Assembly (NCBI GenBank): GCA_038217285.1
Contig: JBBQPO010000001.1
Span: 22,264 to 86,263 of the forward strand
Reading direction: 5' to 3'
Length of the DNA stretch: 64,000 bases
DNA from: Chthonomonadales bacterium
Lineage (GTDB): Bacteria; Armatimonadota; Chthonomonadetes; Chthonomonadales; Chthonomonadaceae
Made by a program: the position numbers and the translations under genes. This document shows, piece by piece, positions 29,285 through 38,940 of this stretch (the first letter of the stretch is position 1; every line of letters begins with the position of its first letter). The notes below the pieces were generated by a model. That model did no database searches. It was not told the DNA's origin and was given only the letters and a program-made list of their open reading frames with translations.

Positions 29285-30325
29285 CTATAAAAAGCCTGGA
29301 CCGCCGATGGCTTCCAACTGATTGACGGCGAGCATTTTACGCCGGCAGGTCGGGCAGATGTCCTGATAATGCGTTCCGTCTTCGTAGGTATAGTCCATTC
29401 CCAGTTCACCGAGCACCTGTTTCAGATCGGTAACCTGCAGCAGGGAGGCGAACGTCTCCCCGCACCGCCCGCACGGCGCCTGCGCCGTCTCCGCGCCCTC
29501 CTCCTTGTAGTACTGCACTCCCAGATTGGCGGGACGCTGGAAGATATGGAAGAACTTGCCGAACGGCAGATAGAGCAGCAGCAGGATGACGCTGTAGGCA
29601 TGGAGCAGGGAGATGAAACTGTAGGAGTGACCGCGCATCCAGGTGGCGCTGGCCGTCATCATCAGCCCAGTGATACAGACCGCAACGAGCAGGATAAGCG
29701 GCAGGAAGTCCATCGAGAACGACTGCAGGGTCATCGCGCCCTTGTCGTACATACGACGCCGAAACACCAGCGCCATGCCGACGATGATGGCGATGGCGCA
29801 GAAGTCCAGAATATGGAAGGTGACCCAGCCGACCAGCGAGTCCGCCGGGAAGACGCCTGCCGGAATCCCGAAGACCATCGCCTGATACATGGCGGGATCG
29901 CTTGGAGAGGCTTCGAAGTGGATCCAGCCGAAGACCAGTGGGAACGTCACCGCGAACGCGATGAGGCAGCCCCACGACATCAAGAAGTGCGCCGCCCAAC
30001 GCAGATGGCTGCGCCGCGCAATGAAGAGCTGCAGCACGAAATTGGTGACGAACATCTTCATCAGGTGCTGCAGGTTTTTCGGCAGGTGGGCGGGCCGCAG
30101 GAAAAGCTGCCAGCCACGCCGCCAGTAGAGCCGGGTCGGCGGCTTTTGCAGCCAGATCGAATAGCGGTAGACGATCCCGAAGGTCGCAAAAACGGTCGCG
30201 CTGGTATAGGCGATCAAGGCAGGATCGAAGTACCGAAGCCTGCCGGAGCCGAAGTAGATGCCCAGGACCAGTAACAACGAGGCGATGATTCCATTGAGGA
30301 TGGCTTTACGATCCAGGGGGTGCAT
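29285..30325 (-). CDS. NarI-like membrane (cytochrome b) subunit with C-terminal Cys motif
   Basis: Multiple TMs with His residues (AAHFL, FHIL, LLHAY, PFGKFFH). C-terminal CGRC...CPTC. Confidence 0.65.
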   Translation of the reverse strand: MHPLDRKAILNGIIASLLLVLGIYFGSGRLRYFDPALIAYTSATVFATFGIVYRYSIWLQKPPTRLYWRRGWQLFLRPAHLPKNLQHLMKMFVTNFVLQLFIARRSHLRWAAHFLMSWGCLIAFAVTFPLVFGWIHFEASPSDPAMYQAMVFGIPAGVFPADSLVGWVTFHILDFCAIAIIVGMALVFRRRMYDKGAMTLQSFSMDFLPLILLVAVCITGLMMTASATWMRGHSYSFISLLHAYSVILLLLYLPFGKFFHIFQRPANLGVQYYKEEGAETAQAPCGRCGETFASLLQVTDLKQVLGELGMDYTYEDGTHYQDICPTCRRKMLAVNQLEAIGGPGFL

Positions 30326-31424
30326 CAGGACGGCCTAACCCTTTCTTGACATCTCCCAACGCCGCCGGGAGCGTCCACGACTGCCCTATCCCGCGCACAA
30401 GCGAGCGGACCAGGCCAAACATGGTGATCGCCCAGGCCGTCAGCGCTAGCCAGGCAAAGACGGCTGAAATCTGCTGCAGCGGCGCAATATGCATGACGAC
30501 GGACACCCGGTAGGTGGCCACAGAGTACATTCCCAGAGGAAAGACCAGGCTCCAGTAGGCCGGATGATAGGTCACCGGAACTCTACATATCAGATGACGC
30601 CATATCCCATAGATGACAAGCATCGGCACCCACCAACTGCTCCAGGCCAGGAGAAGCAGAGAGACGCCTCTCAGCATAGGCTCCAGCGACGCGAGCAGCG
30701 GCGAGGAGGGTGCGGCCGCCAGGAGATTGACGCCTGCCAGCGTGCTGATCGCGGTAGCGCCCAGAATGATCCAGTTGGGTGGCAGCATCTCGCCCAGATC
30801 GAGATGGGCAAAGAAGAGGCGGTAGACAATCAGCGTGATAAAGATGCTATAGAGTGCCACGCCGATCCCCCAGAGTCCGTACAGCAAAAGGAGGACCATC
30901 TCCGTGTTTCCACCAAAACCCGGAGCCAACAGTGCGCCAAGGACCGTGACGGACTGCATTCCGACGATCAGGATCAGCCAGCTTGAGTTCACCGCTTCCG
31001 CCAGGGGCCGGGTGTTGACGAATGTCAGAGTGCTGAAACAGAAGTATGCCAGAACCATACTGCCTACGAAGGCAACGATCCAGAGCGTCAGCGCGGGCGC
31101 CCTATAGCCTCGCAACAGGAACTGAATACCCAGCACATCGCTCGCTGCCACAAAGGTAAAAAACGTAAACATCGTCGGCGCACCGATCAGATCTGCCCAC
31201 AGTTTCGCCCCGAAGCGGAGGGCGCGGTACACGGTAGCGGCAATCAGCACGGGGTACAGGATCAGATTGATCCAGAAGAGCCATTGCGAGATGTCGCGCA
31301 TTTTGAGAAAAAAGAGCGCGGTGGACACAATTCCGGTCGCCATGACCATCGAAAAGTAACTGGAATTCATCTTTTCGTTCGCGGCGGAGGCCCTGTCGGT
31401 CAGGCGTTGAATCAAAGCAGTCAC
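30306..31424 (-). CDS. TDT/SLAC1 family (tellurite resistance/dicarboxylate) anion channel
   Basis: YFSMVMATGIVS, FTFVAASDVLG, PPNWIILGATAIS, YWSLVFPLGMY. About 10 TM segments. Confidence 0.85.
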   Translation of the reverse strand: MTALIQRLTDRASAANEKMNSSYFSMVMATGIVSTALFFLKMRDISQWLFWINLILYPVLIAATVYRALRFGAKLWADLIGAPTMFTFFTFVAASDVLGIQFLLRGYRAPALTLWIVAFVGSMVLAYFCFSTLTFVNTRPLAEAVNSSWLILIVGMQSVTVLGALLAPGFGGNTEMVLLLLYGLWGIGVALYSIFITLIVYRLFFAHLDLGEMLPPNWIILGATAISTLAGVNLLAAAPSSPLLASLEPMLRGVSLLLLAWSSWWVPMLVIYGIWRHLICRVPVTYHPAYWSLVFPLGMYSVATYRVSVVMHIAPLQQISAVFAWLALTAWAITMFGLVRSLVRGIGQSWTLPAALGDVKKGLGRPDAPPGS

Positions 31425-31437
31425 GTGTTTGCGTTCC

Positions 31438-31680
31438 TCATCTGTCGCTGCGATCCAGGTGGACCAGGTAGTGGAGCAGCCAGAGGTTCAGGAGGAAGCA
31501 GACGCCGGAGGCGCCGAATGTGGGCAGCGCCAGCGCGGTATGCGCCGCCATAAACTCCTCCAGCGCGATGTTCAGCAGCCAGAGCTGGATCAGCAGAACG
31601 GCGAGGATGAGCGCCATCAGGGTCAGGATACCCTGGGTGCGCTGCTCCAGTTTCGCCAGGCGGGGATCGATCCGTCTCAT
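31438..31680 (-). CDS. Small two-TM membrane protein (DUF6755-like)
   Basis: 80 aa, LLIQLWLLNIALEEF...LNLWL. The start overlaps the Rieske stop (ATGA). Confidence 0.7.
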   Translation of the reverse strand: MRRIDPRLAKLEQRTQGILTLMALILAVLLIQLWLLNIALEEFMAAHTALALPTFGASGVCFLLNLWLLHYLVHLDRSDR

Positions 31681-32171
31681 GCGCCCTGTACTCCTACGGC
31701 AAAAATCTGCTCGCCCTCGGTCTTCAGCAGAATGCGCGGCAGCGGTCGCGGCGGCGGGCCTTCCAGAACGTTCCCGGTCGTCGCATCGAAGGCCCCGTTG
31801 TGGCAGGGGCACTCCAGGCGATTGGTATTGGCGGCGAAATGGACGGGGCAACTGAGATGCGTACAGCGCTGCAGATAGGCGACATGCTCTCCACTCGCGA
31901 GACGGATGAGGAGGGCGGGTGAGTCCGCATCCGGGTAGCGAAACAGTTTAACCTGACCGGCCGTCAGCTCATCTGTCCGTGCAATCGGCTGCCGTGCGAA
32001 CTTTTCCAGGTGCTGCCGATAGTGCTGCAGGACGAAGTAGCCGTTGCCCAGGAAGGTCGCGCCAGAGATCAGCACCAGAAATTTGGTAAACTCGCGGCGC
32101 GTGACGTAGTTGTCCGCGCCCCATTCGATGGGGAAATCTTCGCGCCATTTCGGCGTCATCTCGTCGCTCAC
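31677..32171 (-). CDS. Membrane-anchored Rieske [2Fe-2S] protein (QcrA/AioB-like)
   Basis: TRREF twin-arginine-like motif plus [22 protein letters not shown]. Confidence 0.88.
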   Translation of the reverse strand: MSDEMTPKWREDFPIEWGADNYVTRREFTKFLVLISGATFLGNGYFVLQHYRQHLEKFARQPIARTDELTAGQVKLFRYPDADSPALLIRLASGEHVAYLQRCTHLSCPVHFAANTNRLECPCHNGAFDATTGNVLEGPPPRPLPRILLKTEGEQIFAVGVQGA

Positions 32172-32779
32172 AGCGCATTCTCCTTCCGCTCCGTCGTCCG
32201 AATGTCCGTCAGGCGAATATCTATCTGGGGCCTGGCGCTGCTTCCGGCGGCATCCGCGCTCTCCGGCATCACCATGTAGACGTTGGTACGGACGGTCTGC
32301 CTGCCGAACTTCCAGGTGTTGACCGGTGTGCCGCGCCGACGCTTTTTGAACTCCTCCGGCGACCCAAAATAGAGGGCCTCAGACGGGCAGACGGTCGCGC
32401 ACATGGGCCGTTTCCCAACGGAAGTGCGGTCGTAACACATATCGCACTTCATCATCTGATCGGGCTCGGCGAGGTACTTGGGGACTCCGAAGGGGCAGGC
32501 AAGCACACAGTTCTGGCAGCCGATGCAGCGCGGCTTGAGGGAGGACTGCACAACGCCGTCGGGCATCTGCTTGATCGCATCTGCCGGGCAGACCTGGGCG
32601 CATGTCGGATTTTCACAGTGCATGCAGACCTGCGGGGTAGTCTGCACGGTTTCCGCGCGGTTGATATATTCCAGATGGATCAGAGAGACACCACGATGCG
32701 TGTCACACTCGCCACACGCATGCACACACGCCTGACAACCGATGCAGCGAGCGGGATCGATGATAAAGACATTCTCCAA
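32168..32779 (-). CDS. 4Fe-4S electron-transfer subunit (DmsB/NrfC-like)
   Basis: [42 protein letters not shown]...CATVCP. Confidence 0.92.
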   Translation of the reverse strand: MENVFIIDPARCIGCQACVHACGECDTHRGVSLIHLEYINRAETVQTTPQVCMHCENPTCAQVCPADAIKQMPDGVVQSSLKPRCIGCQNCVLACPFGVPKYLAEPDQMMKCDMCYDRTSVGKRPMCATVCPSEALYFGSPEEFKKRRRGTPVNTWKFGRQTVRTNVYMVMPESADAAGSSARPQIDIRLTDIRTTERKENAL

Positions 32780-33051
32780 CGCGTCACCTCTTTATGGCGC
32801 TGACGGCTCCAGGTTTCATCCTGCCGGGATGCCTGCGGAAAAGATATCAGACTGCTTAAAGGCAGCCCTTGTTCTATAACCTTAGATATACCCCATTTTC
32901 CTCCTTATTATAACCTTCAATGGTCCCGCACCGCATCCCCTAAATGGCGGGTTGTGCTTCAAACCGGCTGCATTTCACCCCATTTCGATTGCCAAATCCA
33001 GGCCGCTCCTTGATCTCCTTGAGGAGCGGCCGTGGGGGTGCGATACCCGTA

Positions 33052-33795
33052 TCAATTTCCGCGCTTCTGTGCGGGGCAGGCTGTGGACAGTTCTGCTTCG
33101 CGCGCCTCCGCTCTGGGAAACAGGATACTGTTCTCTTTATGCACGTGCCGGTGCGTATCGGCTTCCAACTCGGCAAGCCCATCGAGCATCACGCGGTAAG
33201 TGGCGCAGCCGCCTTCGGGAAGTGTGAATCCGTTGGTCAGGCGACGCATGGTCTCCAGCGCCGCTCCTGCCGCCTCGTGTTCCTTTTCCAACACGCGGAT
33301 CGAACTGCCTATTGCGGCAGAAGGGGAGGCAGGCAGCGTCTCTACCCGTTCCAGACGATCAATGTAGGGAAAGAACACCTTCTCTTCCTCTTGCGTATGC
33401 GACTCCATTTCGGCCCGAAACCCCGCGAAAATAGTGGCGAGTTCGACCAGTTCCGGATGTCGCTGTGCATGGACATCGCGGACCTTTTGAGTCAGGAAGC
33501 TCAGGCGCGGGAGCGCTTCGCGCAGATAGGCATGATGGGTCGTGAGGATGTCTGCGATGAGTTCGGAAAGCCGCGCCGTCCTCCAGTCCCTGCGGTCACC
33601 GCGTTCTTCCGTGCCTTCGGCCTGGAGATCACGCAGGATGGCGTCGAGGGCGCCCGACTTGCCCACACAGGCCGCTTCCAGCCGTTGTTTGCCTCCACAG
33701 CAGTAGTCGATCCCCCAGTGTTCAAACAGACGGGCGCGAGACGGGCGCTCCGCGACCAGACCTCCCACCGTTTGCTGCAATAGTTCGGCGTTCAT
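33052..33795 (-). CDS. ric: Iron-sulfur cluster repair di-iron protein (RIC/YtfE/ScdA)
   Basis: GIDYCCGG, HHAYLR, HPEL, HTQEEE..FP, EHE, HVHKENSILFP. Start MNAELL. Confidence 0.92.
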   Translation of the reverse strand: MNAELLQQTVGGLVAERPSRARLFEHWGIDYCCGGKQRLEAACVGKSGALDAILRDLQAEGTEERGDRRDWRTARLSELIADILTTHHAYLREALPRLSFLTQKVRDVHAQRHPELVELATIFAGFRAEMESHTQEEEKVFFPYIDRLERVETLPASPSAAIGSSIRVLEKEHEAAGAALETMRRLTNGFTLPEGGCATYRVMLDGLAELEADTHRHVHKENSILFPRAEAREAELSTACPAQKRGN

Positions 33796-33840
33796 TAGAC
33801 TCTCTTCTCTGTTCCAGGAATCCAGGAATTCCCGCCGGAA

Positions 33841-33902
33841 CGTTAATTGGATATACATGTCCAATTAACGATACTGTACCGCTCGTCTTTCTCGACTGTC
33901 AA
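33841..33902 (-). promoter_or_regulatory. ric promoter with a 30-bp palindromic operator over the transcription start
   Basis: Minus strand TTGACA (33902-33897)-18 bp-TACAGT (33878-33873), immediately followed by CGTTAATTGGA-N8-TCCAATTAACG (33841-33870). Confidence 0.75.
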
Positions 33903-33969
33903 GCCAAATGCCGTAAAGCAGGCCACAATCCGCCATTCGGGGGATAAAACAGACCTCTTTTCCTGAGAC

Positions 33970-34004
33970 AAAAAAAGAACCTACAGCCTGTGACTGTAGG
34001 TTCT
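33970..34004 (-). terminator. Intrinsic terminator downstream of tRNA-Asn
   Basis: 11-bp stem AGAACCTACAG/CTGTAGGTTCT followed by a T-run on the minus strand. Confidence 0.85.
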
Positions 34005-34030
34005 CGATCATGGCCATTTTATGGCCTATA

Positions 34031-34102
34031 CTCCCTGTGATGGGCTCGAACCATCAACATTTCGGTTAACAGCCGAACGCTCTACCATTGAGCTAACAGG
34101 GA
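34031..34102 (-). tRNA. tRNA-Asn (GTT), CCA not encoded
   Basis: Reverse complement TCCCTGTTAGCTCAATGGTAGAGCGTTCGGCT-GTT-AACCGAAATGTTGATGGTTCGAGCCCATCACAGGGAG folds into a cloverleaf. Confidence 0.97.
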
Positions 34103-34144
34103 TCACGCATTAGAAAAGGAGTCGTTAACTCCTCCAACACACCA

Positions 34145-34173
34145 ATTATACTCAAAACATGCCAACCTGTCAA
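34145..34173 (-). promoter_or_regulatory. Consensus sigma70 promoter of tRNA-Asn
   Basis: TTGACA-17 bp-TATAAT on the minus strand. Confidence 0.85.
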
Positions 34174-34445
34174 GGCTTCTGCCTGCTCTTTAAGCCGCTT
34201 TTCCACATTTGCCCATCGGCCTGCCTTTTACCAGAGAAGACATGCCAAGGGGGACTGCACCTAATGCTCTTTGACATTCTATTTCGGTAACTCTAATGGC
34301 ACCGCCGAACTGGCATGGAATGTTGAGCCGCAGAGGATAACTTCCTTTCTGCCTGACTCCTTGCATATTCGAGAGAAAGTAGAAAATTCCTCCTAAAGAA
34401 CAGAAATTATTTCAGCGGATGATCAGAAGGTTGAGACGCACGTTC

Positions 34446-35130
34446 CTACTCCGCGCGCATGGCATTGAACAGCGTCTCCAGGAGCGTGTCGTCGAGGCGG
34501 TTCCGCATCTGTGGCGCGATGCAGGGCATACCGTAAGAGAGGGTCGCGTCGCCGTACCCGTTGACGGCGCGCACGTCCAGGTTCAGGTCGGCAAACGCGA
34601 TGCCATCGTCCGCAGTCTCCGCCAGAATCGCGCCGATCAAACCGATGATCATGCTTGGCGGGGTGATCGAAGCCGCGACGAAGTAGAGGCCATTGTCGAG
34701 CGCGCGCGTCCGCCAGGTGATCGGTTTGCCGCCGGCGACCGGCAGGAACAGAATTTCGGCGCCCTGGTGCGCGAAGCTGCGCGCCACTTCAGGGAAAAAC
34801 TCGTCGTAGCAGATGTGAATTGCGATGCGCCCGAAGTCGAGATCGAAGAGAGGATAGGCGCTGCCGCAGGAGAAGCCCTGCTGCAGTTCGCCGAACGTGG
34901 GGTGCGTCTTGTCGTACTGCCCCAGGAACCGGCCCTCGCGGTCGAAGAGGACGGCCGTATTGAACAGGTAGTCTCCCCGCCGCTCGATTACGCCTGCCAG
35001 GACGTACATTCGATGCTGTCGCGCCTTCTTGGAGAGGAGCGCGCCTGTCGGCCCGCCCGGAACGGCTTCGGCGACCTCCCAGTAGGATCCGTACACGTCG
35101 CGCGCAACACCGATGATCGGACTGTACTCT
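34446..35130 (-). pseudogene. Carbon-nitrogen hydrolase (nitrilase family), 5'-truncated
   Basis: FNTAVLFDREG, YDKTHP and ICYD present. The sequence begins abruptly at EYSP (expected LPE) and lacks the N-terminal strand/helix. Confidence 0.7.
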
Positions 35131-35388
35131 AAACGGAACCGCATGTGCCAGATGCTTGTCCCAGTCGCATCCCTGAATAAATCCGATGTCTACCTTCTCC
35201 GCCAACTCCTCGACGGTCCCACAACGGGCTTCCAGATCGTGATGGCGAAGGAACGCCTCCACTTCGTCGTCGCCGCGAAAGCCGTCGTTGTAGACGGCGA
35301 CATAGCGTGCCCGGCCGCCCTGTTCCAGCGTGCGGGCGAAAGCCAGAGGATGCGAGGTATCCAGGTTGACAACGCCGATGCGAATCAC
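35131..35388 (-). pseudogene. Gfo/Idh/MocA oxidoreductase, N-terminal fragment only
   Basis: IRIGVVNLDTSHP...VEELAEKVDIGFI..DWDKHLAHAVPF. Family similarity ends before the expected xKP motif. Confidence 0.7.
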
Positions 35389-35404
35389 GGGGCTGAACTC
35401 CTCG

Positions 35405-36196
35405 TCACGGTGCGGCTGGCTCGTCTAAATCGGTGCAGTTCGCCAGCGAGGTTCCATAGGCGTCCCCGATCCCCAGCAGTTGTTGCATCACACGGGTTTT
35501 CGCTTGTGCGAGCGTCTGCTCGGTAGGGGCGTAGCCGGTCCATACCTTCATCCAGAAGTGGCCATAGTTATAGATCAGGGCGCGACGCGGGGATTCGGTG
35601 CGGTTATTGAGCGCGGCGTGATAGATGCGCCCATTGAACAGATAGGCCGTTCCCGCAGAATAGGCCAAACTGACATGGCCCGGCATCTCGTCGGGATTTT
35701 CGACATTGGGCAGCGCGAAATCGTTGGGGAAGCGGTGCGAGCCGGGAATTACGGCGGTTCCACCCCCTCCTTCCGGCACATCGCTGAGCAGATAGAAGGC
35801 TTTGACCATCAGCGTAGAACGTGGATGATAGACACCCGCCTGCCCGACATCGTGATGCCAATGGGCATGGCTCCGGGTCTGGGGCAGAGTAATGAAATAG
35901 TCGTTGTCGATCATGGAGATGTCATCGCCGAGCAGCTCCCACGCGATGGGGAAGACCTTCGGATGCGCCAGAAGGTTGAGCAGGACCGGATCGTACTCGA
36001 TGGGAGCCAGCACCTGTTCGAGATTGGGTCCGCGACTGCCGGGTCGGGTCGGGTCGGCGCGCCAGAGCGCCTCGGCGCGATCCGCAGCCTTGCGCACGGC
36101 TGTCAGCTCCACCGGCGAAAGCGCGTTCGGGATCACAAGATAGCCGTTCGCCTCAAAGCAAAGCCGCTGCTCGTCGGTCATTACGCGGACAGGCAT
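35405..36196 (-). CDS. Phytanoyl-CoA dioxygenase (PhyH) family Fe(II)/2OG oxygenase
   Basis: FEANGYLVI, WHHD, VIPGSH, IYHAA..N...RR. AAGGAG RBS before MPVRV. Confidence 0.88.
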   Translation of the reverse strand: MPVRVMTDEQRLCFEANGYLVIPNALSPVELTAVRKAADRAEALWRADPTRPGSRGPNLEQVLAPIEYDPVLLNLLAHPKVFPIAWELLGDDISMIDNDYFITLPQTRSHAHWHHDVGQAGVYHPRSTLMVKAFYLLSDVPEGGGGTAVIPGSHRFPNDFALPNVENPDEMPGHVSLAYSAGTAYLFNGRIYHAALNNRTESPRRALIYNYGHFWMKVWTGYAPTEQTLAQAKTRVMQQLLGIGDAYGTSLANCTDLDEPAAP

Positions 36197-36225
36197 CGAT
36201 TCTCTCCTTCCTCCGGAACTCGGCA

Positions 36226-38655
36226 TCACCAGCCGACGGAGTCTACGTAACAGACGCCTGTCCAGACGCCGTTCGTCTGGAACTGAACTCCAAGCTGAGA
36301 CAAGGGCGTGGCTGCGGTGGCGGGAACCGTGACGGTCAGGGTATTCCAGGCGCCTGCCGCCAGGCTTGCAATCGGCTGCCAGTTGCCGGTCCAGGTCCAG
36401 TTGCCTCCCGCTCCCTGCTGCACGAAGGGCTGGATAGATGTCAGGGTGCTGCCGGACGGGATCCAGATATGGAAGGTGACCGTCGCGCCCGCCGGTGTCG
36501 CTGGGGAGCCGACATAGGCCGTCTGGGCGCCTCCGGCGGAGGGGCTGTTGATCGATACGGCCAGGGAGTGCGACCCGGCATAGGCTTTCACCGTGCTGCC
36601 GGCCACGCCGGTGAGGATGCCGCCGGAAGAGACCCAACCCTGCGCACCGCTCTCGAAGTTGTACTGGGCGGAGTCACCGGCGGTAACGGTCACGGTCGCC
36701 GCCGCGCCGTTCCAGTAGTAGTTGACCCCCCACGTCGAATTGAACACACCAACCTTCACCGTATAGGTGCCCACCGTGGAAGGCACCACCCAGGCCCATG
36801 AATAGGGGCGGGACTGATTGGCGGTAAAGTTCTGGCCGGTATAGGCTTGCTGACCGACTTTGGTCCCGGCCAAATTATAGACCTCCAGATCTACGATTCC
36901 GTTGGAGAGCGCGCCGCCCGCGTCGGTGACGGTCGTGGAGATGGTCGCGGTCGCTCCCGGAGCGACGGAAGACGGGGAGACGCTCGTGGAACTCGTGAAG
37001 GTCGGCGTCTTACCGGCGGATTTGGGCAGGACGAACAGCGTGATGCTCTGCGCGGGCGCGGTGAAACCAAGGCTGCTGCCACTGACGGTGATGTCGCTCA
37101 GGCGGTTGATGGCGTTGGCGGAGGTGAGCTGCCAGACCTGCGCCGTGCCGGTGCTGGTGAAGTTGGCAAGGTTCAGGGTGACGGCGGTCGTGCCCGACAG
37201 GTACTTGCTGATAACCATGACGGTGAGCGCGCCGTCGATGGTTCGCTGGGCGGCGAAGGCGGAGACATTGTCCGGGTTCGGAACGGTCGCAGACACGCTG
37301 GTATCGCCGAACGTGGACTTGCTGCCGTCGTAGTTGCGATACATCTTGATCGCTTTGTAGGTCGGCGTCGTGTTGCCCGGCGTCGTCCACCGGGTGGCCA
37401 AGTCCAGCCCTTCCCGCCCAAAGATGCCGAGGATATCCGCCTGCGTGGTCGCGCCGTTGATATGCCCTTCGGCTCCCCAGTTGTATTCGGTAATGCCGGT
37501 GAAGGTGCCCGGATAGTAGGTGTTCACCCAGCCCTTGATGCGGGGGATGAGTTGAACCTGGCTATTGATCCACGACTGGTCTACATAGCTCGGATCCCAC
37601 AGCGAGCGCGTGGACTGATTGCGTTTGGTCTGCATCGCCGTCGTCACATCGTTGCTGAACTCTCCGCCTTGCGGATAGTAGTGGACGCTGAACACGTCCA
37701 GGATCCGCTTGCCGGTAGAGGCATTGTTCTGACGCAACTGATCGAGCAGCCAGGGCAGATAGTCCCAGTTGCCGTTTGCGGCTCTATCCGGGATCGTGCT
37801 CCATCCATGTATTCCGGTGTACTGCTGGTCGTAGCCGCTGTAGAAGTAACCGCTCCAACCCCACTCTTCCGGCCCAACCACCAGGGCGGAACTGTCGTTC
37901 GCCTTGACCTTCCCGCCATAATCGAGGATCTTATTGCGGATCTCGGCCATCGTGGCGCCGGTGGGATGGACATCGCGGTGGGTGCTATGCCAGAGGCTCG
38001 GCTCATTGTCCATGAGGTAGTATCGGAGCCCTCCGCTGTTGGCGGGACCCCACTTCGCGACAAGATGCTGCATCCAGCTATTCTGAAAAGTCGAATCGGA
38101 GAGGACATTGGCATCGTTCGGATCGTTGCCCGTCACGTTCTGCCCTGTGCTGCTCAGAACACCGTTGCCGGCATCCGGAAACCACTGAAAATCATTACCC
38201 GTCTGTGCGCCGTATTTGGCGATGGAGAAGCTGGCGAGTTTGCTGCGGTTGGCCCCTACCCTGGCGACCCAGCCGACCATCGGGATCGTGAGCAGGGCTT
38301 GCGCCCCGCCGCTCTTGCTGTTGGAGATAAACGTGTCGCCCCGCTCCCCAGCGACAGCGCTGGTGTCGCCGATGCTCTCGAAATAGTAGTCGCTGCCGCG
38401 ATTGTCGGCGTTCACATTCCAGTTGTAGCGGCTGGTGTTGTTGCCGCCATTGCGATTGAGAAGGATATTCAGGTCTGACAGGGTAGGAGTATCCGCGTAT
38501 GCCATCCCGTAGATGTTGGGGTTGATAGCGCGGCGGTTCGCATTCGCGTCGACGTTGACGGTGACGGCAGGATTTTGCCCCAGAGCAGGGCCTTCGAATG
38601 CGGTGATGGTGAGAAATAGGGCGGCGAAAGTCGCTGCAGGGTTGATTCGTACCAT
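36226..38655 (-). CDS. Secreted glycoside hydrolase family 44 (endoglucanase/xyloglucanase) with Ig-like and CBM-like C-terminal domains
   Basis: GGNNTSRYNW, MDNEPSLWHSTHRDVHP, HYYPQ, TRSLWDPSY, ITEYNWG, ADILGIFGREG. Confidence 0.9.
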   Translation of the reverse strand: MVRINPAATFAALFLTITAFEGPALGQNPAVTVNVDANANRRAINPNIYGMAYADTPTLSDLNILLNRNGGNNTSRYNWNVNADNRGSDYYFESIGDTSAVAGERGDTFISNSKSGGAQALLTIPMVGWVARVGANRSKLASFSIAKYGAQTGNDFQWFPDAGNGVLSSTGQNVTGNDPNDANVLSDSTFQNSWMQHLVAKWGPANSGGLRYYLMDNEPSLWHSTHRDVHPTGATMAEIRNKILDYGGKVKANDSSALVVGPEEWGWSGYFYSGYDQQYTGIHGWSTIPDRAANGNWDYLPWLLDQLRQNNASTGKRILDVFSVHYYPQGGEFSNDVTTAMQTKRNQSTRSLWDPSYVDQSWINSQVQLIPRIKGWVNTYYPGTFTGITEYNWGAEGHINGATTQADILGIFGREGLDLATRWTTPGNTTPTYKAIKMYRNYDGSKSTFGDTSVSATVPNPDNVSAFAAQRTIDGALTVMVISKYLSGTTAVTLNLANFTSTGTAQVWQLTSANAINRLSDITVSGSSLGFTAPAQSITLFVLPKSAGKTPTFTSSTSVSPSSVAPGATATISTTVTDAGGALSNGIVDLEVYNLAGTKVGQQAYTGQNFTANQSRPYSWAWVVPSTVGTYTVKVGVFNSTWGVNYYWNGAAATVTVTAGDSAQYNFESGAQGWVSSGGILTGVAGSTVKAYAGSHSLAVSINSPSAGGAQTAYVGSPATPAGATVTFHIWIPSGSTLTSIQPFVQQGAGGNWTWTGNWQPIASLAAGAWNTLTVTVPATAATPLSQLGVQFQTNGVWTGVCYVDSVGW

Positions 38656-38940
38656 AGATTACACCTCCGGGTGTCTCCGTGGGCGCCGTGCCCATCGTGG
38701 GATCTGTCAGCCTCTCCAAGCCCCGGTTCCGTCGGCTCCCGAGAACGGGCAACCTATGTTTGAGTTGCATATCGCGAATTCTGGCAATCACAATCGTTTT
38801 GAAAACAGATTATGGGCTTAGGAGGGCTCATCGCGTGCACGTCTCATGCAATATCACACGTTAGATACAGCATTGTCGTTCCAAAGACCTGCTTCGAACG
38901 GGCCTAGTTTTTCCTGAGGCATACAGTGCGTGGCCAAAGC

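Noticed and set aside
29285-30325. MFS nitrate transporter
   Set aside because: Too few TM segments and no MFS motif A. The His pattern and PFGKFFH fit a NarI-like cytochrome b better.
34031-34102. tRNA-anchored integrative element
   Set aside because: No integrase and no duplicate of the tRNA 3' end found by eye in the window.
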